A stretch of DNA of 16,860 nt, taken from positions 1-16,860 of the forward strand of contig CAIQVS010000114.1 of assembly GCA_903875345.1 (NCBI GenBank). The letters run 5' to 3'. Shown here piece after piece: positions 1 to 7,445 of this stretch. Positions within the stretch are counted from its first letter, which is position 1. The number at the start of each line of letters is the position of its first letter. Made by a program: the position numbers and the translations under genes. The DNA is from an uncultured Pseudomonadota bacterium. Lineage in GTDB: Bacteria > Pseudomonadota > Alphaproteobacteria > UBA9219. The notes beneath the pieces were generated by a model. It searched no databases, was not told the origin of the DNA, and saw only the letters and a program-made list of their open reading frames with translations.

Positions 1-105
1 AACGGCCTCGAACCCGAAGCCTACCTCCGCGACATCATCGCTCGCATCGCCGACCACCCCATGAAGCGGATCGCCGAACTCCTCCCGTGGAATGTTCGTC
101 AATAA
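1..105 (+). CDS. C-terminal fragment (last 35 codons) of an IS66-family transposase (TnpC-like); the 5' part lies outside the window
   Basis: Frame 1 translates NGLEPEAYLRDIIARIADHPMKRIAELLPWNVRQ*, which resembles the conserved C-terminus of IS66-family transposases from memory. Stop codon at 103-105. Confidence 0.7.
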   Translation, partial: NGLEPEAYLRDIIARIADHPMKRIAELLPWNVRQ

Positions 106-135
106 ATTACCACGCGGCCATTACCAGACGCTTAC
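1..135 (+). mobile_element. Right end of an IS66-family insertion sequence (partial)
   Basis: The transposase C-terminus is followed within 5 nt by ccacgcggccattaccagacgcttac (110-135). Its reverse complement begins GTAAGCG..., the characteristic IS66-family terminal inverted repeat. The AT-rich flank starts right after it. Confidence 0.6.
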
Positions 136-337
136 GAACATGGCGTGCCTCTACACGTTGTTGTTGGATCGGCTCACCAGAATCTGTCAAGATTCACAAA
201 TCGTTAACAAGCATCAATCCCGTAGCTCGGGTTAGTTATGCACAGTCGAGCATCTTCACGATTGTGCCAAAAAGGACACAAGTCTATCGACATCAAATAT
301 TCCAGATAACAGAACCGGCATCCTGAACACTGTTCGC

Positions 338-589
338 ATGCTTTGCAACCGAGCAAAACATTTCAGAAAGATTCGCACAGACCAAAAGGGAAAGGTTTTG
401 GAAGCCGCACCTGATACCTGCGTCAAAAAAGGCTATGGCATGGGAAGATGTGGGGTGGGTGTGTTCGGCGTTGGCGAGCCTTCATATACGGTACTTGTAG
501 ATGACAAGGAAAGCTCTGTGCTTCAGCTTTGCAAAGACGCCTATGCAATTTGGACGAAGTTTGTTGAAGAAAATCAGCGAAGTACGTAA
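338..589 (+). CDS. Small hypothetical protein (83 aa) in the AT-rich IS-proximal segment
   Basis: ORF from the six-frame track. No recognisable domain and no clear Shine-Dalgarno. Lower GC than the backbone. Confidence 0.3.
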   Translation: MLCNRAKHFRKIRTDQKGKVLEAAPDTCVKKGYGMGRCGVGVFGVGEPSYTVLVDDKESSVLQLCKDAYAIWTKFVEENQRST

Positions 590-684
590 ATCAACGAGTT
601 AGAAAAACGCGCGAAAATTTTTCTTGTTTTGTCTCAACAAGATAACAAGGAGCATGTTCTCCCCCGGTCACGCTCGCCCCGCCA

Positions 685-767
685 CCCTGCTCCGCTAAAG
701 CTGCGCAGGGCGAAGCCCTGCAAACGAAAAAGCGCAGGATGCCCTGCGAAGCTTTAGCGAAGCAGGG
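685..767. repeat. Nested palindromic element (REP/MITE-like)
   Basis: A 27-nt arm (685-711, ccctgctccgctaaagctgcgcagggc) is the reverse complement, with 2 mismatches, of 741-767. The spacer itself holds small hairpins (gcagggc-gaa-gccctgc at about 705-721; gcagg-at-gccctgc). It lies immediately upstream of the GIY-YIG gene. Confidence 0.6.
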
Positions 768-785
768 CTGGTTAAGGAAAGTGCG

Positions 786-1028
786 ATGTTTTATGTCTAC
801 CTTATCCAGAGTCTTGCGAATGAAGAACAACGCTATGTCGGCACAACTTCCGACCTGAAAAAACGAATAGAAGAACACAATTCCGGCAAATCCACCCATA
901 CAAACAAATTCAAGCCTTGGCGGTTGGTCACTTATCTTGCTTTTGATGACCAAGCCAAGGCAGAACAGTTTGAAAAATACCTGAAACAAGGTTCAGGTCA
1001 CGCCTTTGCCAGAAAGCATTTATGGTAG
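786..1028 (+). CDS. GIY-YIG nuclease superfamily small protein (UPF0213 / YhbQ-like)
   Basis: MFYVYLIQS...RYVGTTSDLKKRIEEHNSGK...TNKFKPWRLVTYLAFDD...AEQFEKYLKQGSG matches the YhbQ-type GIY-YIG domain. A ribosome-binding site (aaggaaa) lies 7 nt upstream. Confidence 0.85.
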   Translation: MFYVYLIQSLANEEQRYVGTTSDLKKRIEEHNSGKSTHTNKFKPWRLVTYLAFDDQAKAEQFEKYLKQGSGHAFARKHLW

Positions 1029-1179
1029 CCTTGCACGATTGCCAGATAGGCCAAAACTCTCAAAAGGTTATGGTAGCTGTTGACCCGGTGCGGCGTATTT
1101 AAGTAACAGGTTAGACGTTGGGTTGTATTTCGTTTGGTAGGCATAAAAACTGGCGGAAGAAAAACCGCAGGGAGATGTC

Positions 1180-2241
1180 ATGGACGCCGTTGTAAAAGGT
1201 ATTGTTGAAATAATGGAAAAATGGCCTCAGCGGCTGCAAGTTTTGTTTGTCGTATCAATCACCGTTCTCGGCATCTCCTACGTATTATTGTCGGGCTTGT
1301 TTTCTTCACCTCCAGAAAAAATTTCTGCAAAAAATTCTGGAACAGGGGCGACAACCATCGCTACAGATGGCGGCTCACAGAACAGCATTGAGACCGCAAC
1401 AATCAATATTGCAGGAGATCACAACACAATTATCAACGGTTCCAAAACCAAAGAGGGACCGAAAAAGGGCGAAGAGGTTTTTGATTATGCAACGGCTCAA
1501 TATTATCTCGGATTAGCTTATCAAGATGGCCGTGGTATTGCATTCAGCGACAGCAAAGCGGTTCAAGCGTGGCAAGAAGCTGCAACCCATGGAAACGCAG
1601 ATGCTCAATTTCTTCTTGGTCGTGCTTATGAGTTTGGAAAAGGCATTCCAGCAAACCAGAGCGAGGCACTAAAGTGGTACAAAATGGCCGCCAACCAAGG
1701 AAACGCGGATGCGATGAATTCCGTAGGAAACTTTTATAATGGAGACAAGAAAAGCATTCATAAAGATTCGAAAGAAGCAATTCGCTGGTATGAGGAAGCA
1801 ATCAAAAGAAACAACATTAATGCCATGTATAATTTAGCGCAGATGTATTATTCGGGTGACGGCATTGCTCGCAACAGAAGAAAAGCTTTTGATCTCTTTC
1901 AAAAAGCCGCTGATCAAGGGGACGGTGATGGACAATATATGGTTGCCGTTTATAAATATAACGGTCTAACTGATACTCCCGACAAAGCTGGTGCCATCTC
2001 TTGGTTTAAGAAAGCTTATGACCAAGGCAATGTATCAGCGGCATATGCCCTCGGTGTTGCTTATATAAATGGCGAAGGCGTCGAAGCTGATTTTAGACAC
2101 GGTGCCGATCTGCTTAAAGACGCTGCGGCACAAGGCGACAAAGATGCACAAGATGCTCTCGACCAACTTCGAGAAAAACAGGAACGTGCCCGACAAACTT
2201 ATCTAGAGCCCGTTAAACAGAAAAACGATGCAGAACAATAG
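1180..2241 (+). CDS. Sel1-repeat (TPR-like) protein with an N-terminal transmembrane/signal anchor
   Basis: Six to seven repeats follow the Sel1 pattern (AQYYLGLAYQDGRGI..., AQFLLGRAYEFGKGIPANQSEALKWYKMAANQGNADAM..., AMYNLAQMYYSGDGIARNRRKAFDLFQKAADQGD...). A hydrophobic helix (LQVLFVVSITVLGISYVLLSGLF) sits near the N-terminus. GGAG lies upstream of the ATG. Confidence 0.85.
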   Translation: MDAVVKGIVEIMEKWPQRLQVLFVVSITVLGISYVLLSGLFSSPPEKISAKNSGTGATTIATDGGSQNSIETATINIAGDHNTIINGSKTKEGPKKGEEVFDYATAQYYLGLAYQDGRGIAFSDSKAVQAWQEAATHGNADAQFLLGRAYEFGKGIPANQSEALKWYKMAANQGNADAMNSVGNFYNGDKKSIHKDSKEAIRWYEEAIKRNNINAMYNLAQMYYSGDGIARNRRKAFDLFQKAADQGDGDGQYMVAVYKYNGLTDTPDKAGAISWFKKAYDQGNVSAAYALGVAYINGEGVEADFRHGADLLKDAAAQGDKDAQDALDQLREKQERARQTYLEPVKQKNDAEQ

Positions 2242-2357
2242 AATAGACGTATAGTAATTCTCACGCCAGTTGCCCCCGCCCCACCATTTCTTTCGCAGGC
2301 ATTGCCGACGGAAAGGAAGTTTTGCGGAAAGATGCCGCTCGATATATTAGAATGGCA

Positions 2358-2380
2358 CTAAAATAGTCTTGTAATTTTAG
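2358..2380. promoter_or_regulatory. 7-bp perfect inverted repeat (ctaaaat-N9-attttag) followed by a T-run, about 40 nt upstream of the first paralog gene. Candidate operator or weak terminator
   Basis: Seen directly in the sequence. AT-rich stem followed by tgcttttta. Confidence 0.3.
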
Positions 2381-2420
2381 TTGCTTTTTATGGTTAATTC
2401 GAATAGGATTTGCGTTTGCT

Positions 2421-3095
2421 ATGTACGAACTATTCGGCGTTTCGATGTTGACTGAACCCATATTCAAGCCATCGTACGACGAATGGCAACATTGGGCTCA
2501 GGTGGTCGTGGACCGCCTGACGACGTGCGTTCACATCTATTCCAAGCCGCCGTTTGAAGACGTTTTCATGCCGGAAAAAGAACGGCAGGACAAAAACGCC
2601 AAGACGCTGGATTTGCTTCGCCGCATCTATGTTTTGCTCGAGGAAACCGACACGCCGTCGGATTCGCTGACCAATGTCGCGCATCACGATGAACGGGTTA
2701 TCGCCGGTCTCGCCGTGATGATGAAGGAAACTCTGGATCATCTGCCCCAATTGTCGCGGGATATGCAGAAGTTCCTGAAATCGCATTGGTTCGATAAATA
2801 CAACGGTCGTTTGGCCAGCGAATTGTTTCACGGCCCGATGGGGCGTGATGGAGAGGGTATCGGTAGCGGCTATGTGGAACATGGCCGTCTGCCGCTTTCC
2901 CTGAATGATCTGCTTGAGCGCGAGTGTGTGGGAGATATTCGGCAACCTCGCAGGGAGCTGCATCGATCCGGCGAGGGCAGGGGCTTTTTGCCGGGCGATA
3001 TCACGCCGCAACGTCGCGACGAGCAGGGCGAATTAAGGCGCCGCTGGGCTGATAAAAACAGCCAATTCCTGCGCTCGGCTGGCCGGGTGGAGTAG
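2421..3095 (+). CDS. Hypothetical protein, paralog A (224 aa) of an unrecognised family
   Basis: Long ORF with backbone-like GC. Shares three collinear motif blocks with the next gene: DEWQHW/NDWWYW, LPQLSRDMQKFL/LPFMSSAIQDFL and ELFHGPMGRDGEGIGSGYVEHGRLP/ELFWGPKARQDEGIRSGKVADGGLP. Confidence 0.75.
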   Translation: MYELFGVSMLTEPIFKPSYDEWQHWAQVVVDRLTTCVHIYSKPPFEDVFMPEKERQDKNAKTLDLLRRIYVLLEETDTPSDSLTNVAHHDERVIAGLAVMMKETLDHLPQLSRDMQKFLKSHWFDKYNGRLASELFHGPMGRDGEGIGSGYVEHGRLPLSLNDLLERECVGDIRQPRRELHRSGEGRGFLPGDITPQRRDEQGELRRRWADKNSQFLRSAGRVE

Positions 3096-3196
3096 GCCTC
3101 AGGGCTTTTTTACGCGCTTTGCATGCGTCTGGACGAATGTCCAAAAATCTCCTAGCTTCCTAAATTCGTTAAAGAAACAATGATTGTGGTTTTGTC

Positions 3197-3880
3197 ATGG
3201 CAAAAAGTTATAGTCAACGCGCACCCTTCAATGATTGGTGGTATTGGTCGGAATGTCTGGTCAAGCGGCTCCGAACCCTCGCCGATCTTTACAAGGAAAA
3301 CGGAGAACACGAGCGCAGCGGCATCGCTGCCGAATGGTCGAAGAAGCTGAAGGACAACTGCATGAAGCCGGTCGTGGAGGCGCGTAAGGGCACCAAGACC
3401 GATGAGCAGAAGGCGACTCTGAAAAAACTTGAAGAAGAAGCGATTTTCAATGCCGCCGAGATGTTTCGCGAGCTGTTGATCAATCTGCCGTTTATGTCGA
3501 GCGCGATTCAGGATTTTCTTGGCGTGAACTGGGAAGAATGCAAGTGGGAGGATCCCAACGAGCCGGAAGAGATCGACGAAGACACAGGCTTGCCCAAAAA
3601 GAAGAAGAAAAAGAAAACCGGTGACGGACGGGTTACGGAATTGTTTTGGGGGCCGAAGGCTCGTCAGGACGAAGGGATCCGCAGCGGCAAGGTGGCGGAC
3701 GGCGGTTTGCCCGGCATTATCAACAATCTGCTGATGGCCGAAAAGAGCGCGTCGAGTCGTGCGCCGACGGAATATGGACAGGCGATGCTGGCTTCGGTCA
3801 ATCAGCAGAATCTGGCAACCAACATGAGCAATGCCGAGAAGGTTGGCATTCAGGTCGGCTTCAAGCCCGGCGGATTTTAG
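3197..3880 (+). CDS. Hypothetical protein, paralog B (227 aa). It carries an acidic-then-polylysine insertion (EPEEIDEDTGLPKKKKKKKTG)
   Basis: Homologous to the upstream ORF (same motif blocks). Its stop codon lies 8 nt before the map start codon. Confidence 0.75.
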   Translation: MAKSYSQRAPFNDWWYWSECLVKRLRTLADLYKENGEHERSGIAAEWSKKLKDNCMKPVVEARKGTKTDEQKATLKKLEEEAIFNAAEMFRELLINLPFMSSAIQDFLGVNWEECKWEDPNEPEEIDEDTGLPKKKKKKKTGDGRVTELFWGPKARQDEGIRSGKVADGGLPGIINNLLMAEKSASSRAPTEYGQAMLASVNQQNLATNMSNAEKVGIQVGFKPGGF

Positions 3881-3888
3881 GTGGATTG

Positions 3889-4698
3889 ATGCAAGATGCT
3901 TCCCATCACGAGAAAGGCCATGTCGAGCTGCACGGTGTTGAGGATTTCGCCGCCATGCGCAGAGCGGGGAAATTAGCCGCCGAGGTTATGGATTTCATCA
4001 CGCCCTATGTCGTGCCGGGAGCGCGTACCGGCGATCTTGACGAGCTGTGCGACAAATTCACGCGCGACCACGGCGCGACATCGGCGCCGCTTGGTTATCG
4101 CGGCTATCCGCGCGCGACGTGCATTTCTCCGAACCATGTCGTCTGTCACGGCATCCCCGGCGATAAAAGACTTGAGGACGGCGACATCGTCAATATCGAT
4201 ATCACGGTGTTGCTGGATGGGTGGCACGGCGACACCAGCCGCATGTTTCTGGTCGGCGATAAAATCGGGGTCAAGGCGCGCAAGCTTGTGGACGTTACCT
4301 ATGAATGCCTGATGATGGGCATCGAGGCGGTGAAGCCGGGCGCGACGTTCGGAGATATCGGCCACGCGATCCAGACCCACGCCGAAGCGGCGGGATTTTC
4401 TATCGTGCGCGATTTCTGCGGTCACGGCGTTGGTAAGGTTTTCCATACGCAACCTTCCGTCTTGCATTATGGTGAGGCTGGCAAGGGCGATCGAATTCTG
4501 CGCGGCATGTTTTTTACGATCGAGCCGATGATCAACGCCGGACGTTACGACGTAAAAGTTCTCGGCGACGGATGGACGGCGGTGACCAAGGATAAATCCC
4601 TGTCGGCGCAGTTCGAGCATATGGTCGGCGTGACGGACTCAGGTGCCGAAATCTTTACCTTATCGCCCAAGGGATGGCACAGACCGCCTTATGATTAG
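3889..4698 (+). CDS. map: Type I methionine aminopeptidase
   Basis: MQDASHHEK...VCHGIPGD...DIVNIDITV...DGWHGDTSRMF...GHGVG...FTIEPM are canonical MetAP-I metal-binding and signature blocks. An AGGTGGA ribosome-binding site lies 4-10 nt upstream. The longer track ORF (3646) is an in-frame upstream extension overlapping the previous gene. Confidence 0.9.
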   Translation: MQDASHHEKGHVELHGVEDFAAMRRAGKLAAEVMDFITPYVVPGARTGDLDELCDKFTRDHGATSAPLGYRGYPRATCISPNHVVCHGIPGDKRLEDGDIVNIDITVLLDGWHGDTSRMFLVGDKIGVKARKLVDVTYECLMMGIEAVKPGATFGDIGHAIQTHAEAAGFSIVRDFCGHGVGKVFHTQPSVLHYGEAGKGDRILRGMFFTIEPMINAGRYDVKVLGDGWTAVTKDKSLSAQFEHMVGVTDSGAEIFTLSPKGWHRPPYD

Positions 4699-4743
4699 AT
4701 CATAAGGTTAACGAGTGCGAATGCGATGAAAGTATTGAAACCA

Positions 4744-4773
4744 TTGAAATTATGTGGCTTGATGAGCTAGAAT
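4744..4773 (+). promoter_or_regulatory. Sigma70-like promoter candidate (TTGAAA-N18-TAGAAT) for the 4811 gene
   Basis: Sequence match to the -35/-10 consensus in an AT-rich leader. The 18-nt spacer is slightly long. Confidence 0.3.
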
Positions 4774-4810
4774 ACAAAAAAACGTTAATAACATACCATA
4801 AACAGATAGC

Positions 4811-5842
4811 GTGTGTTTCATGCCATTAAAAAGAGGAGTTGTTTATTTTCGTAAATTCGCGGCGGGGCGCATTTCCGCCTCACCTTTTCCGCTTTCGAGA
4901 GATGATCAATTAACACCATCGGAAGAGAATGATGTCGATGCGATTTCCTCGTGGGAACAAGCTGCCCGAGAGGCGGTGGATTGGTTAAGTCCGGATCAAG
5001 CCATACAAGTGGCGCAAATGGCGCACGAAATAATTGAGGAACTTCCGAACTCACGTGTTTTGTCTTTGGGGCAAAGTCCGGCATGGGTCGTTAAAGCGAT
5101 TGAGCATGAGGCGAAGCTCAGGGGGCTAAATTATGAAACCGGTTATATACCCTTTTCCGGAAATTTTTGTCGTCGTCTAAGAACCGAGAGGGAGACGCAT
5201 TATTACGAAATAGATGCCAACAAGCTTTTTGCAAAAGACATAACAAGATATCACAATCGTTTGATAAAACTGGGGATGAGCCCTGATAATATTATAAGAA
5301 GATTTGAAAATGAAGGAACGACGACGACTATAACCGATTTCCTTTTCACCGGAAAGGGAACGGCCTCGTTCCTTTATGTGCTATTCGATTGGGCAAGAAA
5401 AGATCGGAAGGAGGGGGCGTTGCGCAAGGCGCTCAATGTTCGTCTGTATGACGATGCCGGTGCGCCTCCATCCTTTATCAAACTTGAAGGTTTTGATCCT
5501 ATTCCTTGTAATATTCATGTCATGGATTCCAGATTACGAGACGTGTTTTGGAATTGTGAGGATCGCGTCAGAATTGTTCCTTCCTATCCGCAAATAGCGT
5601 GGAGCAGGAAACCGATGCCCGCCGAAGGAGAGAAAGCCGTTGTGGAAAATACAGCTAACGTTTTGCGTCAAGCTGTGGTCGTCAATTGTCTGGCGCCCCA
5701 TCTTTATGGAGATTGGGCGCAAAATGGCAGTTGTGTTCTTAATCGATTGCTTGGTCGCGCATCAGGGATGATTACACCAGTTATTCCCTCCCTGCCACAG
5801 CCTCAGCAATGGGCTGTCGGGGTGGTTGCGGTAGCGGCTTAA
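4811..5842 (+). CDS. Hypothetical protein (343 aa) with an AT-rich 5' half. Start may be the ATG at 4820
   Basis: Long ORF with no domain I can recognise. A GGAG-rich stretch lies inside the first codons, so the true start is uncertain. The base composition of the first ~500 nt differs from the backbone. Confidence 0.6.
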   Translation: MCFMPLKRGVVYFRKFAAGRISASPFPLSRDDQLTPSEENDVDAISSWEQAAREAVDWLSPDQAIQVAQMAHEIIEELPNSRVLSLGQSPAWVVKAIEHEAKLRGLNYETGYIPFSGNFCRRLRTERETHYYEIDANKLFAKDITRYHNRLIKLGMSPDNIIRRFENEGTTTTITDFLFTGKGTASFLYVLFDWARKDRKEGALRKALNVRLYDDAGAPPSFIKLEGFDPIPCNIHVMDSRLRDVFWNCEDRVRIVPSYPQIAWSRKPMPAEGEKAVVENTANVLRQAVVVNCLAPHLYGDWAQNGSCVLNRLLGRASGMITPVIPSLPQPQQWAVGVVAVAA

Positions 5843-5921
5843 CATGAATTTGTGGCTCATCGCGCCGTGATTTTCATAGCGGCGAATGTCAGGATAGAAA
5901 CCTGACAAAAAGTATTGTCGC

Positions 5922-6113
5922 CTAATCTTCATCGGTCGTTGAATTAATGCCGTCGATTTCGATGCGTTCTTCCTCTTCCCCCGGCACGCGATAAACCTCG
6001 CCGAGCCATCGTCCCAGATCAATATCGGAACAACGCCGCGAACAGAACGGTCGCCATGTCTCGGAGGAAATTCTTTTGCAAATAGGGCAGGGGATGTTGA
6101 CGGCTTTTGCCAC
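5922..6113 (-). CDS. yacG: DNA gyrase inhibitor YacG (zinc-finger protein)
   Basis: CPICKR...WRPFCSRRCSDIDLGRWL matches the YacG C4 zinc-ribbon signature. A 63-aa protein with an acidic tail. Confidence 0.85.
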   Translation of the reverse strand: MAKAVNIPCPICKRISSETWRPFCSRRCSDIDLGRWLGEVYRVPGEEEERIEIDGINSTTDED

Positions 6114-6119
6114 GACTGC

Positions 6120-6698
6120 TCACCACAGAAAGCCTGCGCCGCGCAGCATCTGCGCGACTTCGAACAGCGGCAAGCCGACGATGTTCGAATAGGAACCGGA
6201 GATAAATCGGATATGCGCGGCGGCGCGGCCTTGAATGGCGTAGCCTCCGGCCTTGCCGATGCCTTCGCCGCTGGCAACGTAGGCTTCGATTTCAGGCGGA
6301 GACATGCGGTTGAACAGAACCACGCTGGTGACGGCGCGCTGAATGATTTTACCTTGCGAGGAGCGGAGGGCAACGCCGGTAATGACGCGATGTCTCCGTC
6401 CGGACAGAAGCGTGAGACATGCGCGCACCTCATCCGGCGCTTCGGCTTTGGGCAGGATGCGGCGGCCACAGGCGACGACCGTATCGGCGGAAAGCACGAA
6501 CGCGTCGGGTTCGCTTGCGGCGACGGCATGAAGTTTTGCCAGCGCAAGGCGCTCGGCAAGCGGACGCGGCAGCTCGTTCGGTTTGGGCGTTTCGTCGATG
6601 TCGGCAGGGATAATGCGATCAGGCGTAATGCCAATATCATGCAGAAGCGCGACACGACGTGGCGAAGCGGACGCAAGGACGAAAGGCGGACGGGTCAC
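6120..6698 (-). CDS. maf: Maf-like nucleoside triphosphate pyrophosphatase (septum formation protein Maf)
   Basis: LASASPRR...LL......ADIDE...[10 protein letters not shown] are Maf family motifs. The 5' end overlaps infA by 4 nt. Confidence 0.9.
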   Translation of the reverse strand: MTRPPFVLASASPRRVALLHDIGITPDRIIPADIDETPKPNELPRPLAERLALAKLHAVAASEPDAFVLSADTVVACGRRILPKAEAPDEVRACLTLLSGRRHRVITGVALRSSQGKIIQRAVTSVVLFNRMSPPEIEAYVASGEGIGKAGGYAIQGRAAAHIRFISGSYSNIVGLPLFEVAQMLRGAGFLW

Positions 6699-6913
6699 TT
6701 GTGCCGGAACGTGATGCGTCCCTTGGTCAGGTCATAGGGAGTCATTTCGACATTGACCTTGTCACCCACCAGAACGCGAATGCGGTTTTTGCGCATCTTG
6801 CCGGAGGTGTGGGCGAGGACTTCGTGACCGTTGTCCAGCTTAACGCGAAACGTCGCGTTGGGCAGCAGTTCGGAAACGATGCCTTCGAATTCGAGGAGGT
6901 CTTCTTTAGCCAT
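6695..6913 (-). CDS. infA: Translation initiation factor IF-1
   Basis: [70 protein letters not shown] is near-identical in pattern to E. coli IF-1 (72 aa). The track ORF adds 5 spurious N-terminal codons. Confidence 0.95.
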   Translation of the reverse strand: MAKEDLLEFEGIVSELLPNATFRVKLDNGHEVLAHTSGKMRKNRIRVLVGDKVNVEMTPYDLTKGRITFRHK

Positions 6914-7007
6914 AGTTAGCAGTCGCAAGGGTTAAGTGTTAACGGCCAAAGAGGTATCAGGTCTTGGGGGTGACGTAAAGAGCCGTGAAAATAGCGCGTT
7001 GAAACCA

Positions 7008-7445
7008 TTAAAGTTTAATTCCAGCCTGTCCTTCATGACACGGATTGCACGCCGTCGGCCAGGGTTCGCCGAAATCCTCAAGGATCATTGACCAGTCGGC
7101 GGCCAGATCGAGGCGGATTTTCGCGTCGCCCGCGAACAGCATCGTTAGCGAGTCGCCCTCATTAACCATCATCAGAAGGTCGAGCATCCGGTCATGATGA
7201 TGCAGGTCGATTCCGTGCGTTTGCACCGACGCGATGTTGGAAAAATTGGCGGCGCAGCAGATACGTTCAGGATGTTCTGTCGCGTCGTTCTCGCGGCACA
7301 GGCGCTGCGCCACCATGACGAAATTCTTTGCCTCAGGGCGATAGAGCATATCGCAGACCGGAACGATGGAATCTTGCAGCACGGCGGAGATGATCTGAAC
7401 ATCTTCGGCGTCCTTGGCGCGAAGTTTGAGCAAACTTCCGGTCAT
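7008..7445 (-). CDS. Conserved alphaproteobacterial hypothetical protein (DUF2948-like), co-transcribed with murA
   Basis: A 145-aa ORF overlapping the murA stop codon by 4 nt. The family assignment is from memory of the murA-neighbour gene in Rhizobiales and is not certain. Confidence 0.6.
   Translation of the reverse strand: MTGSLLKLRAKDAEDVQIISAVLQDSIVPVCDMLYRPEAKNFVMVAQRLCRENDATEHPERICCAANFSNIASVQTHGIDLHHHDRMLDLLMMVNEGDSLTMLFAGDAKIRLDLAADWSMILEDFGEPWPTACNPCHEGQAGIKL

Noticed and set aside
3646-3888. Upstream in-frame extension of map (track ORF starting at 3646)
   Set aside because: The extension overlaps the 3' end of paralog B in another frame. The MetAP-I homology begins at the Met at 3889, which has an AGGTGGA ribosome-binding site.
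5888-5906. gtcagg-N7-cctgac hairpin between the convergent 343-aa gene and yacG, as a bidirectional terminator
   Set aside because: The U-tract is on the wrong side for both strands (an A-run follows on +, and no T-run follows on -), so it is not a canonical intrinsic terminator. Kept only as a minor note.
5762-6676. 304-aa ORF on the - strand
   Set aside because: It overlaps yacG, maf and the 3' end of the 343-aa gene in another frame. It is Pro/Arg/Ser-rich with no domain, while maf and yacG give unambiguous matches.
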